NCBI GenBank assembly: GCA_042571305.1
Contig: JBHPHS010000001.1
Location: forward strand, 2,781 to 66,780
Origin: Patescibacteria group bacterium
GTDB lineage: Bacteria; Patescibacteriota; Microgenomatia; UBA8517
Direction: 5' to 3'
DNA: 64,000 nucleotides
The notes under the pieces are model-generated. The model saw only the letters and a list, made by a program, of their open reading frames with translations. It did no database searches and was not told the origin of the DNA. The translations under genes were made by a program, and so were the position numbers. This document shows positions 26,367 through 35,340 of the stretch, in pieces; the first letter of the stretch is position 1, and each line of letters starts with the position of its first letter.

Positions 26367-27260
26367 TTATTTAACTATTCCAGTTCCGCTGAAGACAACC
26401 GAGTCAAAGACCTGAGGAACCTCACCCCAACCTTGGAAAACCTCAATCTTGCGATTTGCTTCCCCCGATGTTCCAACAGATTCAATCCTCACACCCTGAG
26501 AAGGTAGAGGTGAATTTCCCCCCAAATCCACATTAAAACCAACCTTGTGCTCAGTATCTGTACTGTAGAAGATGTTAACCTTTACAAGCTGAAGGCCATT
26601 TTCGTTACCATATGAAGATGGATGAATTTTCAAATTGGAAAAATTCAAAGTTTCCTTAAATTCATAATTTTCATCTCCAATACTGCAGCTTCCGTTATCG
26701 GGTGCCTCAAAAGAATTACTACCTCTCCTTGAATCGTTGGGGTCAATTGCTGCTCTGGCAACCTTAACTGTGGAATAATCTCCAGGGGATGATACATAAT
26801 AAATACTTGCCTCAATCGCTGGAGTAGTTTCGGATGAGGCTGATGTTCCGGGATTACCCCAACAAATCTCAAGCTTCCCTCCGGTAAAACAGGATCCGTC
26901 ATCACAAGATAAACCACCATCTTCATCATGGGATACAAAAAACAAAACAGCTGAACCTCCAGAAGGAAGAGGGAGAGGAAAATTAAAATACTTACCTCCA
27001 AAAGCAACATCGGAAACTGATGCATTAAAACTTGCATTTTCAAGATCCCCCACGGTTGAACCTGCAATTAAAGCTCTTTCTATTCCTGCCTCAGCAGCAG
27101 AAAAAGCTCTAACTGACTCTTCTGAACGAGATGTTGTGTATATGTCTGTAATTGATCTGGAAAGAACATACAAAACAACAGTAAGAATTACAGCTAAAGA
27201 AAGAAGAACAAGAAGAAGAGCCTGACCTTGATAATTTTTACCCCTAGGCAGCTTAGACAT
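26367..27260 (-). CDS. PilX-N-domain minor pilin-like protein
   Basis: The N-terminus QGQALLLVLLSLAVILTVVLYVL is followed by AFSAAEAGIERAL, which matches the PilX_N signature. Confidence 0.5.
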   Translation of the reverse strand: MSKLPRGKNYQGQALLLVLLSLAVILTVVLYVLSRSITDIYTTSRSEESVRAFSAAEAGIERALIAGSTVGDLENASFNASVSDVAFGGKYFNFPLPLPSGGSAVLFFVSHDEDGGLSCDDGSCFTGGKLEICWGNPGTSASSETTPAIEASIYYVSSPGDYSTVKVARAAIDPNDSRRGSNSFEAPDNGSCSIGDENYEFKETLNFSNLKIHPSSYGNENGLQLVKVNIFYSTDTEHKVGFNVDLGGNSPLPSQGVRIESVGTSGEANRKIEVFQGWGEVPQVFDSVVFSGTGIVK

Positions 27261-27323
27261 AATTAATACAGTTTAGCAAGATATTAACACCGACGTCAAT
27301 CTTTACTCCAGGTTTGCAGAAAG

Positions 27324-27353
27324 TTGACCATAGGTATACCTAGCCACTATAAT
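27324..27353 (+). promoter_or_regulatory. near-consensus sigma70 promoter (-35 TTGACC, 18 bp spacer, -10 TATAAT) for the 27394 lipoprotein gene
   Basis: TTGACC lies at 27324-27329 and TATAAT at 27348-27353, about 40 nt before the ATG. Confidence 0.5.
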
Positions 27354-27393
27354 ATACACATACTATAAGTGTATTTCTGCTCTATAGTTAAAT

Positions 27394-29016
27394 ATGCATA
27401 AAGAAGGAGAAAGTATATATCACAAATCAGTAAATTTGTTGCTAATCGCATCCTTAGGATTGGCTAGTTGTGACACTAAAAACCCATCCTCTGAACAAGC
27501 ACCTCCTCAGATAGATCCTCCTACTGTAGAACCTACACTTTTACCTACAGAAGCTCCCACAACCGAACCCACGATGGTACCAACAGTTTCAGCAGGTAAA
27601 TACTATGAAGCTTCTGGAGGCCCTTATAACCAAAATCAGTTAAGTCTTATTGAAAATGATTTTGCTTTTGATCAAATTAAATCTTATAACGATTTTCTTT
27701 CTTACTGGTCAGGTGATGGAAAAATAAAAGTTGGCAACACCCCCTTTGATCCTATATCGGCAGACCTTCACACGGTTTATTATTTTGATCCAGAAAATCC
27801 AGGAAGTGCATTAGTTTGTTTACAAGCAAATATGGAGGGACAGCAAAAAAAATTCCTTCCTCCCATCATAAACGGAGAGTTTGCAACAGTTCCTCCAACC
27901 ACCTATGTTGATGAAAACGGAGTTGTCTACTCAAAAGATGAAATATTATCCTCAAGAACTCTCTTAGAAAAAACATGGTACATAGGAGTAGGAAACGGAC
28001 CTCTAGAAATAAGTGACTTTGCCTACATTAATGGAAAAGTAATTAAAGTATCCCAAGAAGGAAACATAACTCAGGTTCTTAATATGGAAACAGCACAATG
28101 GGAAGAGTACCAACTTCAAACAGGTGATGTTGTAACAGAAAGATTTATTGGAGAAAACGGTATAACAGAATATATGCTAGGTGGAACCATAACAGAACTG
28201 AACTTTAATAACACAACCTACAAATTCATTGTCAATCAAGAAGGAACGAAAACAGGAATTTACCTTAATAATGAAGGTGAATGGGGAGAATATTTAGATA
28301 TTGATCTTGTGTCAGCAAAAATGTTTGTTGAAAAAGATATGCTGGTTGATAAACTTCCCACAATCACAGTTGAAGACATTGAGTCGGGAAGGGTTACAAA
28401 TCGAGAAAAATTTGAGATAGAAACAAATAATGTTTATACTTTTCCGGACATAGAAATTTTACACAATTCGGGTGAAAAATATCATGGATTTAAAGCCGGA
28501 AATGAAATGTATGCTCATATATATGTAAATGGTTACTCATATGAAGCTCGCAAGCAATTCAACATAATCCCACCTCAAGCGTTTTTATTCTTATATCAGG
28601 TCAAAATTGATGAAAAGGCGCCTGTTGTTATGTCTACCCAGATTATAATCCAAAGAGAGCCCGAGGTTCCTTATATTTTGTTTCATCTTTTTGATAGAGC
28701 AAGAATAGGAAAATATGGAACAGTTAATCAGATAAGCGATTTTTATAAATCTATAGCTAAAGATAAAGGACATTTTCCAGTAACTATATATTTCAGCAAA
28801 ATACCTGGGCTTGATTACACCTTCTTTAACGATGGAAGATACAGTAACAATGAAGACACCAACGAAATAGCAGGCCAAACTGCCTATCTTCTGATTAGAT
28901 ATCTTGATGAAATTAAAAAAAACTATACCGCTTCAGCTGAAACAGCTAAACAGATTGAGCGAACAACTCTACTTAGAGGACCGTCTTGGTTTAAAAAATT
29001 GTCATACAAACAATAA
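27394..29016 (+). CDS. large lipoprotein of unknown function (lipobox LGLASC), Pro/Thr-rich linker
   Basis: The signal is LLLIASLGLASCDTKN. The 540 aa body has no recognisable motifs. Confidence 0.55.
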   Translation: MHKEGESIYHKSVNLLLIASLGLASCDTKNPSSEQAPPQIDPPTVEPTLLPTEAPTTEPTMVPTVSAGKYYEASGGPYNQNQLSLIENDFAFDQIKSYNDFLSYWSGDGKIKVGNTPFDPISADLHTVYYFDPENPGSALVCLQANMEGQQKKFLPPIINGEFATVPPTTYVDENGVVYSKDEILSSRTLLEKTWYIGVGNGPLEISDFAYINGKVIKVSQEGNITQVLNMETAQWEEYQLQTGDVVTERFIGENGITEYMLGGTITELNFNNTTYKFIVNQEGTKTGIYLNNEGEWGEYLDIDLVSAKMFVEKDMLVDKLPTITVEDIESGRVTNREKFEIETNNVYTFPDIEILHNSGEKYHGFKAGNEMYAHIYVNGYSYEARKQFNIIPPQAFLFLYQVKIDEKAPVVMSTQIIIQREPEVPYILFHLFDRARIGKYGTVNQISDFYKSIAKDKGHFPVTIYFSKIPGLDYTFFNDGRYSNNEDTNEIAGQTAYLLIRYLDEIKKNYTASAETAKQIERTTLLRGPSWFKKLSYKQ

Positions 29017-29104
29017 GTCTCAAAATTTGGTAGATACTAAGTTAGACAGATAAACAAAAGGCTTGATTGTTGCAATTGCCCTTATTTATTATTAATATTA
29101 TATT

Positions 29105-29794
29105 ATGGAAACTGCTCAGGAGTATATAGCTCAAAATAAAAAATTCTTTTCTCGGAAAAACATAATTATTTTGGTTTTAGTGCTCATCTTGGCAATTGCT
29201 TTTGTTCTTGCTTATTTATTTTGGTTCAGTCGTTTTACTCCCAAAGGTCTCATTAACGAGATTGAACTTAAAGTTTTCCAAACCGAGGATTTTTCTTCAA
29301 ATTTAGCAAGAGAAATAAGAAACAATAAAAACATTAAGATAGTTTCATCTAAGGAACAAGAAGTAAACATCCTCTCTCAAGCTTTCTATCAAGTAAAAAC
29401 CGATAATGGCACAATTAATTATGTTCCCAAATATACAAATACTATAAGAATGGAGAGTGTTGGGAACCACGAATTCTCAGGGGAGGATTATAAAACTGGA
29501 GTGGTAAGAAACTATAGCTGGAGAGAAGAAACAAGTCTTATATGTTTTAACAAAGTTACCCTTAGAACAGAAGAAAACGTTGATTGGAGAAAAGAATTTG
29601 ACAAAATTGAGTTTTTTTACAAAGTAACACCGATTGGCCTTAAAGGGGAAACTGCCTGGGAGAGGTTTAAAAATGTAGCTACCAGGAAAGATCTAGCTAA
29701 AGTTTTTCTCTCTGCTCCCGAGACTGAGGATTCCTTTTACAAAGCATTTGTAGTTATTTTGGTAAATGAACGCTGTAATATGGCAAAAAATTAA
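29105..29794 (+). CDS. hypothetical membrane-anchored protein
   Basis: It has an N-terminal TM helix (IIILVLVLILAIAFVLAYLFWF) and a 229 aa unknown body. Confidence 0.45.
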   Translation: METAQEYIAQNKKFFSRKNIIILVLVLILAIAFVLAYLFWFSRFTPKGLINEIELKVFQTEDFSSNLAREIRNNKNIKIVSSKEQEVNILSQAFYQVKTDNGTINYVPKYTNTIRMESVGNHEFSGEDYKTGVVRNYSWREETSLICFNKVTLRTEENVDWRKEFDKIEFFYKVTPIGLKGETAWERFKNVATRKDLAKVFLSAPETEDSFYKAFVVILVNERCNMAKN

Positions 29795-29807
29795 ATAATA
29801 TAAAAGG

Positions 29808-31412
29808 ATGGTATATAAAAAATCAAACAAATTAATAAAAATTATTCTTTCAATATTATTGTTGTTTACACTTTTACTATTTTCAGGTACGATGGCTAAT
29901 GTAAATAGCCAGGAAGGCGATTTGGGGACAGAATTGGTTAATACAGGTGACGTTTCACCTGAATCAACATATACCGAAGCAGGAATAGAAGGAGAAGTGG
30001 GTAACACCGATGAATGGGGAGTAGAAACTACAACCTATACTGGTTCTTTGGTCTACCAACAAACCACAGTAGGTGAATACACATATATAGATGAAAATGG
30101 CGAAACTATTACAAGTACTGTCAGTGTCACTGGATATCTAGAAGGTTATTATCAAGCAAATAATGGTCGATATTATCCAGTTGGTTCTGTCGTTACTGAT
30201 TTGATAGATCATGGTGATGATTCCACTCCCGATGTTACTGCTACTTGGGAGTATCAACAAACTCATCCGTGTCAGAATGTAAGACCCGAGTGCACTTCTG
30301 CTGTCACCAGTCCCAATAATTTTATTTTGGGAGTTGGTGAGAGTATTAATGTAGACACTCAGTTCACGTCAATATGCTGGCAATCAGGGTTTGTCAGACC
30401 TGTTCCTCAAATAAGTGAAGGTGAATATGAAATGGTAGTAACAGCAAGTGGAGTATCTGGATTAAACTATTATCGACCATATCATACATACACTATTACT
30501 GGTGTATCCCCAGGTACTGTTTACATGATAATGCAAAATAACCTGGAAACAACCGGAGGATATCCTCGATCCTGCTGGACTCATCTTTACTTTGATGTAC
30601 AAGAAATAAACCCGGATCCCTGGTGGCAGGTAAAAGATGCTGATGTATTTAGTAATGGAAGTTTAATAACAGGAGTTCCTAGTTCCAATGTATTTAATCT
30701 TGAAGGAGATGGAGAATATCCAGGAATTCCTGTATATGGAGGAAGTAGTGATCTAACCTCCTCTAATGTTTCTTTGAAAGGTTGGATAGCAAACAGTACG
30801 TATAAATGGAATAAAATATATGATTATTCTTACTTTTCCAGGCTTGTTCCAACAAGTGTTGTGTTTAACGATCTTGCCTCAGACACAATTGAAGGAAGTC
30901 AGCTTGAAAGTGGAACTGAAGACTCCTCAGGGTATTCCTGGTACATGTTTGATGGGGAATCAACCGGATTTGATTTAACCATTAATTCAAATGTTAGCCT
31001 GGGATCAAGAAAGGCAATACTTTTTGTTAAAGGTGCGGATTTGCACATTAATGGAGATATTAATCTAACCAAAGGGTCAGGTTTCTTCATGGCAATTGTT
31101 GGCAAGAATGATTCAGGAGGAAAGGGAAACATAATGGTTAATCCTGCAGTTGGGGGAGGGAGTGAGATAAATCCTAATCTAGAAGGACTATATATGGCTG
31201 ATGGAACATTTAGTGCTGGAGAGGCATCAACCCCACTTTATGTTAGAGGTTCAGTTGCAGCTTGGGGAGGAATATCCTTACCTAGAGACTTGGGAGATGA
31301 TCTTAATGGGGATAATCCTTCAGAGTTTTTTGAATATGCCCCTGATCTTGTACTTAACTATCCCAAAGCACTCACAGACTACATAATGAGGTGGAAGGAA
31401 GTTGCTCCGTAA
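29808..31412 (+). CDS. large secreted hypothetical protein (candidate pilus-associated adhesin)
   Basis: It has a signal peptide (ILSILLLFTLLLFSGTMANV). The 534 aa body is Gly/Thr/Tyr/Ser-rich and beta-rich. It sits inside the T4P locus. Confidence 0.5.
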   Translation: MVYKKSNKLIKIILSILLLFTLLLFSGTMANVNSQEGDLGTELVNTGDVSPESTYTEAGIEGEVGNTDEWGVETTTYTGSLVYQQTTVGEYTYIDENGETITSTVSVTGYLEGYYQANNGRYYPVGSVVTDLIDHGDDSTPDVTATWEYQQTHPCQNVRPECTSAVTSPNNFILGVGESINVDTQFTSICWQSGFVRPVPQISEGEYEMVVTASGVSGLNYYRPYHTYTITGVSPGTVYMIMQNNLETTGGYPRSCWTHLYFDVQEINPDPWWQVKDADVFSNGSLITGVPSSNVFNLEGDGEYPGIPVYGGSSDLTSSNVSLKGWIANSTYKWNKIYDYSYFSRLVPTSVVFNDLASDTIEGSQLESGTEDSSGYSWYMFDGESTGFDLTINSNVSLGSRKAILFVKGADLHINGDINLTKGSGFFMAIVGKNDSGGKGNIMVNPAVGGGSEINPNLEGLYMADGTFSAGEASTPLYVRGSVAAWGGISLPRDLGDDLNGDNPSEFFEYAPDLVLNYPKALTDYIMRWKEVAP

Positions 31413-31414
31413 GG

Positions 31415-31912
31415 TCAGTAGGTTCTCAAAAATATTTGAGTTGACACAGAAACGTTTGTTTCATTGACTGCCATTGCCTTTGCATCTGCAGCCACCAAGT
31501 CTATGATTATCTTGGGTGGAAGACCTGATTCTTCTTGAGTACATTCTATCACGCAGGAGTTTATTTTTATTTCTGAGGAGGTTAGTCTTGCTGAGGATGA
31601 GGCAATATATGAATCATCTTCTCCAATACCTACACAGGAAAAAGAAGCATTTACTCCAAATGAGTCTGTATAATTTAATACCTTTGTATCAGGGTTAGGG
31701 CAATCCGCAATTGAGTCAGCATTTCTTATTCCTCGCTCCATTACAGAGAGTGCATAATTTATATTTTCTCTAACCTTTACCTGTGTCTCACTTTTAGCAG
31801 ATCCCCTTAGTGTTAAAAAAACTGATCTGGTAATAATTACGGAAAGAATCGCAAAAACACCAACAACTACCAATACCTCAATTAAGCTTAAACCTTTTAT
31901 TCTTTTTTTCAT
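31415..31912 (-). CDS. prepilin-type N-terminal cleavage/methylation domain minor pilin
   Basis: KGLSLIEVLVVVGVFAILSVII is a class III signal with Glu at +5. Confidence 0.65.
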   Translation of the reverse strand: MKKRIKGLSLIEVLVVVGVFAILSVIITRSVFLTLRGSAKSETQVKVRENINYALSVMERGIRNADSIADCPNPDTKVLNYTDSFGVNASFSCVGIGEDDSYIASSSARLTSSEIKINSCVIECTQEESGLPPKIIIDLVAADAKAMAVNETNVSVSTQIFLRTY

Positions 31913-32304
31913 CTATCCCTCCAGTCTGTAAAATTCGTTGAACTTCTTACATCATGCATTCCTTGTGAATCTTCCCAGGCAACACTTACATTAGCCTCAA
32001 TTATGGTTTTTTCAGCTGTATCGACTGAAAATTCAACCTCTCGTACAAAAGGGGTTGATTCAATTTTTTGAGAAGATGAGCACCGGGTGTTACTTTCCCA
32101 ATTAAGCTCGGATATACACCACACTATATTCGTTGCATTTCCCACAAAGGTATCAAAATCCTTATCCCTTTCACCCCTTAGCCACTCAACAGCTTCTTGG
32201 TTATATCTTGATGCTAGAGTTTTATTTTTTGAATATGTTGCGTTTCTAATAGATACCGCGGTTAGCGCAACTAGGGCAACAATAATTAAAGTACTTACCC
32301 CCAA
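31909..32304 (-). CDS. pseudopilin whose class-III signal (NIKG|QSLFEVVLALGVSTLIIVAL) lies upstream of any canonical start codon
   Basis: The ORF-track start is a TTG inside the hydrophobic helix. The in-frame upstream sequence RNKIIKKRNIKGQSLFEVVLAL extends to about 32377 with no ATG/GTG/TTG. Confidence 0.5.
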   Translation of the reverse strand: MGVSTLIIVALVALTAVSIRNATYSKNKTLASRYNQEAVEWLRGERDKDFDTFVGNATNIVWCISELNWESNTRCSSSQKIESTPFVREVEFSVDTAEKTIIEANVSVAWEDSQGMHDVRSSTNFTDWRDR

Positions 32305-32354
32305 AGCCAGTACAACCTCAAAAAGAGATTGTCCTTTTATGTTTCTCTTCTTTA

Positions 32355-32831
32355 TTATTTTATTTCTCCTTCTTTTCCTACCGTGACGATAACTGTATTT
32401 TCTGTATTTTCTTGATTTAAGGTAATTGTTGCATACGAACCGTTAATGTTTGTACCTTCCCCCAATACCTTAAATAGAATTGGATTGGGACTGGTCGTTG
32501 AAAAAGATAATCCTTCAGCTAAATTAACCGTCTTTTTCTCAACAACCCCGCCTGTGCAGAATGCTTCTATAGAATAGCTATTCCCATCAACAGAAACTCT
32601 AAAATAATACCCATTTAAAGAGTGTGAGGTTTCACAATTTAAAGATGAGGGTTTTTCTCCCGAAAGGGCAAGCTCTTGAGTAAGTCTTAAATCTCCAATA
32701 ATATTTTTGGATGCTCCTTGTATGGCTTGTCTTCTGGAAAAATCTCTAAAACTCACATATCCAATACCAAAAAGTATACTGATAATGGTTAAGGAAATCA
32801 GTATCTCAATCAGTGTGTAACCTTTCCTCAT
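32355..32831 (-). CDS. pseudopilin, GspH/FimT-like
   Basis: MRKGYTLIEILISLTIISILFGIGYV is present. It overlaps neighbours by 4 nt. Confidence 0.65.
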   Translation of the reverse strand: MRKGYTLIEILISLTIISILFGIGYVSFRDFSRRQAIQGASKNIIGDLRLTQELALSGEKPSSLNCETSHSLNGYYFRVSVDGNSYSIEAFCTGGVVEKKTVNLAEGLSFSTTSPNPILFKVLGEGTNINGSYATITLNQENTENTVIVTVGKEGEIK

Positions 32832-33259
32832 GGGTTTGTCACTTGGTAGTTACAGGTTTCCCCGCAGTCACTGGAGGCTCCGCAGGTAACCACTTCACCT
32901 TCTTTTTCCAAAGCTGCACAGATTTCATAGACAGCTCCATCAGAGTAGTATAGATAGCTTCTTTCCGGAGCAACCGGATCGCTTGGAATTTGATTAATAT
33001 AGGAGTTTGTAACAGGGCATGACAGACCGCTTCCATCACCAACCAAGGAATCACCCAAAGTTGCAGGATAAACCCCACAGTCTGATTTATAAATCTCAAT
33101 ACCACTTCTTATAAGCTCAATATCAGACTTTCTTTTTGCATCCCTTGATGATTCTCTTGCCCCCTGGACACCAAAAATCGAAATCCCAATTAGGATTCCA
33201 ATTATGGAAATCACAACAAGCATTTCAATCAGGGTAAAACCTTTTTTCATAACGGACAC
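32828..33259 (-). CDS. GspG/PulG-like pilin
   Basis: KKGFTLIEMLVVISIIGILIGI...RDAKRKSDIELIRSGIEIYKSDCGVYP...IPSDP is present. Confidence 0.7.
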   Translation of the reverse strand: MSVMKKGFTLIEMLVVISIIGILIGISIFGVQGARESSRDAKRKSDIELIRSGIEIYKSDCGVYPATLGDSLVGDGSGLSCPVTNSYINQIPSDPVAPERSYLYYSDGAVYEICAALEKEGEVVTCGASSDCGETCNYQVTNP

Positions 33260-33729
33260 ACTCCACCCGACACACTAAAACCAGCTTGAGGCATTGTTCC
33301 GACCTTTCCGGTTGAACATGCTACCCAATAATTATCAGACCCTTCAAGCTTTGCCCACAGTACATAGTCGGTTGCTGTAGCCTCTCCATCTGAAGATCCG
33401 TTTGAGTTGTATTTATAGGTAAAGCTTTCATCTCTTTCCGCTTTAGGATCTTCACTGCAACCAGTTAAGCCTAAATCCTCACAAAGAAAAACTGATGCAC
33501 TACTTTCTGCCGCGCTAGATCGGGAAGGGAAAAAACCTAAATTTTGATTGGCAAAACCTTCAAGTGAGGTTGCGTACTGCTTTATTTCAGATTTTCTTTG
33601 AACATCTTTGGTCTGCTTTTGACTTGTAGTAAAAGACACAAGAGCTAGAGAAGACAATATTCCAATCATTGAAATTACCACCAGAAGCTCAATTAAAGTA
33701 AATCCTTTATTTAATTTAGTTTTAATCAT
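33247..33729 (-). CDS. GspG-like pilin (start taken at internal Met MIKTKLNKGFTLIELL)
   Basis: NKGFTLIELLVVISMIGILSSLALV...QRKSEIKQYATSLEGF is present. Confidence 0.65.
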   Translation of the reverse strand: MIKTKLNKGFTLIELLVVISMIGILSSLALVSFTTSQKQTKDVQRKSEIKQYATSLEGFANQNLGFFPSRSSAAESSASVFLCEDLGLTGCSEDPKAERDESFTYKYNSNGSSDGEATATDYVLWAKLEGSDNYWVACSTGKVGTMPQAGFSVSGGVCPL

Positions 33730-34196
33730 AATGTTACCTGATACATCCAACCACTAGGGCACCAGGTTGTGTCAGTTGTTGACTCTCCCTTGTCATCACT
33801 TTCATTTTCCAAGCACGATGAAAGAGTAAAGGAATCCCCACTATCCAAAACCTCATATTGGTAACTCTGAACTGAAAGGGGATCACCGGGAAGTTTGGGC
33901 ATATAAACGGTGGTACCTACCGACCACTGCTCACCCCACGTACAAACGCTTGTACCATCCACTCCACAACCTAGTATATTCCCTGTTGTATCACTTAAAG
34001 GGTAGTAGTTATTATCGTTGTAATAAAGCCTAAGGGCAGTCTCTATACTTCTTAAATCAGATTTTCTTTGGGCATCACGGCTTCTTCCCCTTGCTGCACT
34101 TATGTTGGCCAAGGCTAGAGTGGAGAGTATTCCTACAAGGGCAATAACAACCAAAAGTTCAATTAGGGTAAATCCTTTATTTGAAGCTTTAGGCAT
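33726..34196 (-). CDS. GspG-like pilin
   Basis: NKGFTLIELLVVIALVGILSTLALA...RDAQRKSDLRSIETALRLYYNDNNYYP is present. Confidence 0.7.
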   Translation of the reverse strand: MPKASNKGFTLIELLVVIALVGILSTLALANISAARGRSRDAQRKSDLRSIETALRLYYNDNNYYPLSDTTGNILGCGVDGTSVCTWGEQWSVGTTVYMPKLPGDPLSVQSYQYEVLDSGDSFTLSSCLENESDDKGESTTDTTWCPSGWMYQVTL

Positions 34197-34223
34197 GTTA
34201 ATTTATTGTAACACAATAATCTA

Positions 34224-34781
34224 CTAATCCGTTGGGGTTGTGTTGGGACTGGTTTGTGCAAAGTTACAAACAAAACTTCCGCAGCTATAGGTGACCGGAG
34301 AAGCTGCACAATCTCCACCTAAACAGTTAATGTCTTCAGGATTTTCAATTCTGGCAAAAAGTTGGTATTTCTGGTTAAAGGGAGAGTCAACTACCCTGTA
34401 ATTATAAACAAAGTCATCAGCAGGGTCAGCCGGGACAGTCTTAAAATATATCGTTTTTGAGTCTGTAAACTCTCCTGATCCCCAAGTACAGGCAGCACCA
34501 CTTTCGGTGGTGGGATTGTATGGGCAAGCCGCAATTAAACCGGATGAAGAGTCTGGATATTTTCCATAATCGGAATAAAAAAGCTCAAGTGCATTGGAAA
34601 TTTGTTTAATGTCTGATTTTCTCTGAACATCCCTTCCTCTAATTTGTGAATTTCTGAAAGTACCTGCAACCAAGGTAACCAAAATCCCCAGTATCGCCAT
34701 AACTACCAACAGTTCAACCAAAGTAAAGCCTTTTTGATATATACCTAAACTTTGCTTATTTATTTTTCTCATTAAGTTCAT
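34224..34781 (-). CDS. GspG-like pilin (start taken at internal Met)
   Basis: QKGFTLVELLVVMAILGILVTLVAG...RDVQRKSDIKQISNALELFYSDYGKYP is present. Confidence 0.65.
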   Translation of the reverse strand: MNLMRKINKQSLGIYQKGFTLVELLVVMAILGILVTLVAGTFRNSQIRGRDVQRKSDIKQISNALELFYSDYGKYPDSSSGLIAACPYNPTTESGAACTWGSGEFTDSKTIYFKTVPADPADDFVYNYRVVDSPFNQKYQLFARIENPEDINCLGGDCAASPVTYSCGSFVCNFAQTSPNTTPTD

Positions 34782-35337
34782 TCTCGTATTCCTCAATACT
34801 TTTATCAAGTGGTGTTTTTCCGGGTGATCTTCCGAAATTACATACCCTTTTCCCACAGTTGATGTTTAGATTCTTAATTTCTAAACTAAATTCATCTTGC
34901 TTAGAGCTTTCCAATGATGCATACAGTTGATACCTTGTACCATTTGATAAATAGACATAATAAAGTCCTTTATCAGCTTGAGGATCAGCTGGAAGATCTT
35001 TTATGTAGGGAGTTTTTGATTCATCTAGCACATTGGTAATAGATCCTCCTCCCCATTCACAGGGAATGTAATCCACAATATAACCCTTTATTGGATCATT
35101 TATTACTTCAGTATCTGGCTTTTTACAGGCCAATATCTTACTATCTTGTGATAGAGGATAAACTCCAAAATCTTCATGATAGGCAGAAAGTGCACTGTAT
35201 ATATCCCAAAAATCGTTTTTACGCTGCAGATCTCTTGAGAGCATCAAACTTTCCCTAAATCCAGGAATACAGACAAGAATAAGAAAAACAAAGATTATTA
35301 AAATTGCCTTAAATTCCTTTTTACTGAATAATTTCAT
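34756..35337 (-). CDS. pilin-like protein with an uncleavable signal anchor (no G-FTLIE motif)
   Basis: KAILIIFVFLILVCIPGF is followed by the pilin-core block RDLQRKNDFWDIYSALSAYHEDFGVYP. There is no Gly(-1)/Glu(+5). Confidence 0.5.
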   Translation of the reverse strand: MKLFSKKEFKAILIIFVFLILVCIPGFRESLMLSRDLQRKNDFWDIYSALSAYHEDFGVYPLSQDSKILACKKPDTEVINDPIKGYIVDYIPCEWGGGSITNVLDESKTPYIKDLPADPQADKGLYYVYLSNGTRYQLYASLESSKQDEFSLEIKNLNINCGKRVCNFGRSPGKTPLDKSIEEYENELNEKNK

Positions 35338-35340
35338 ATA

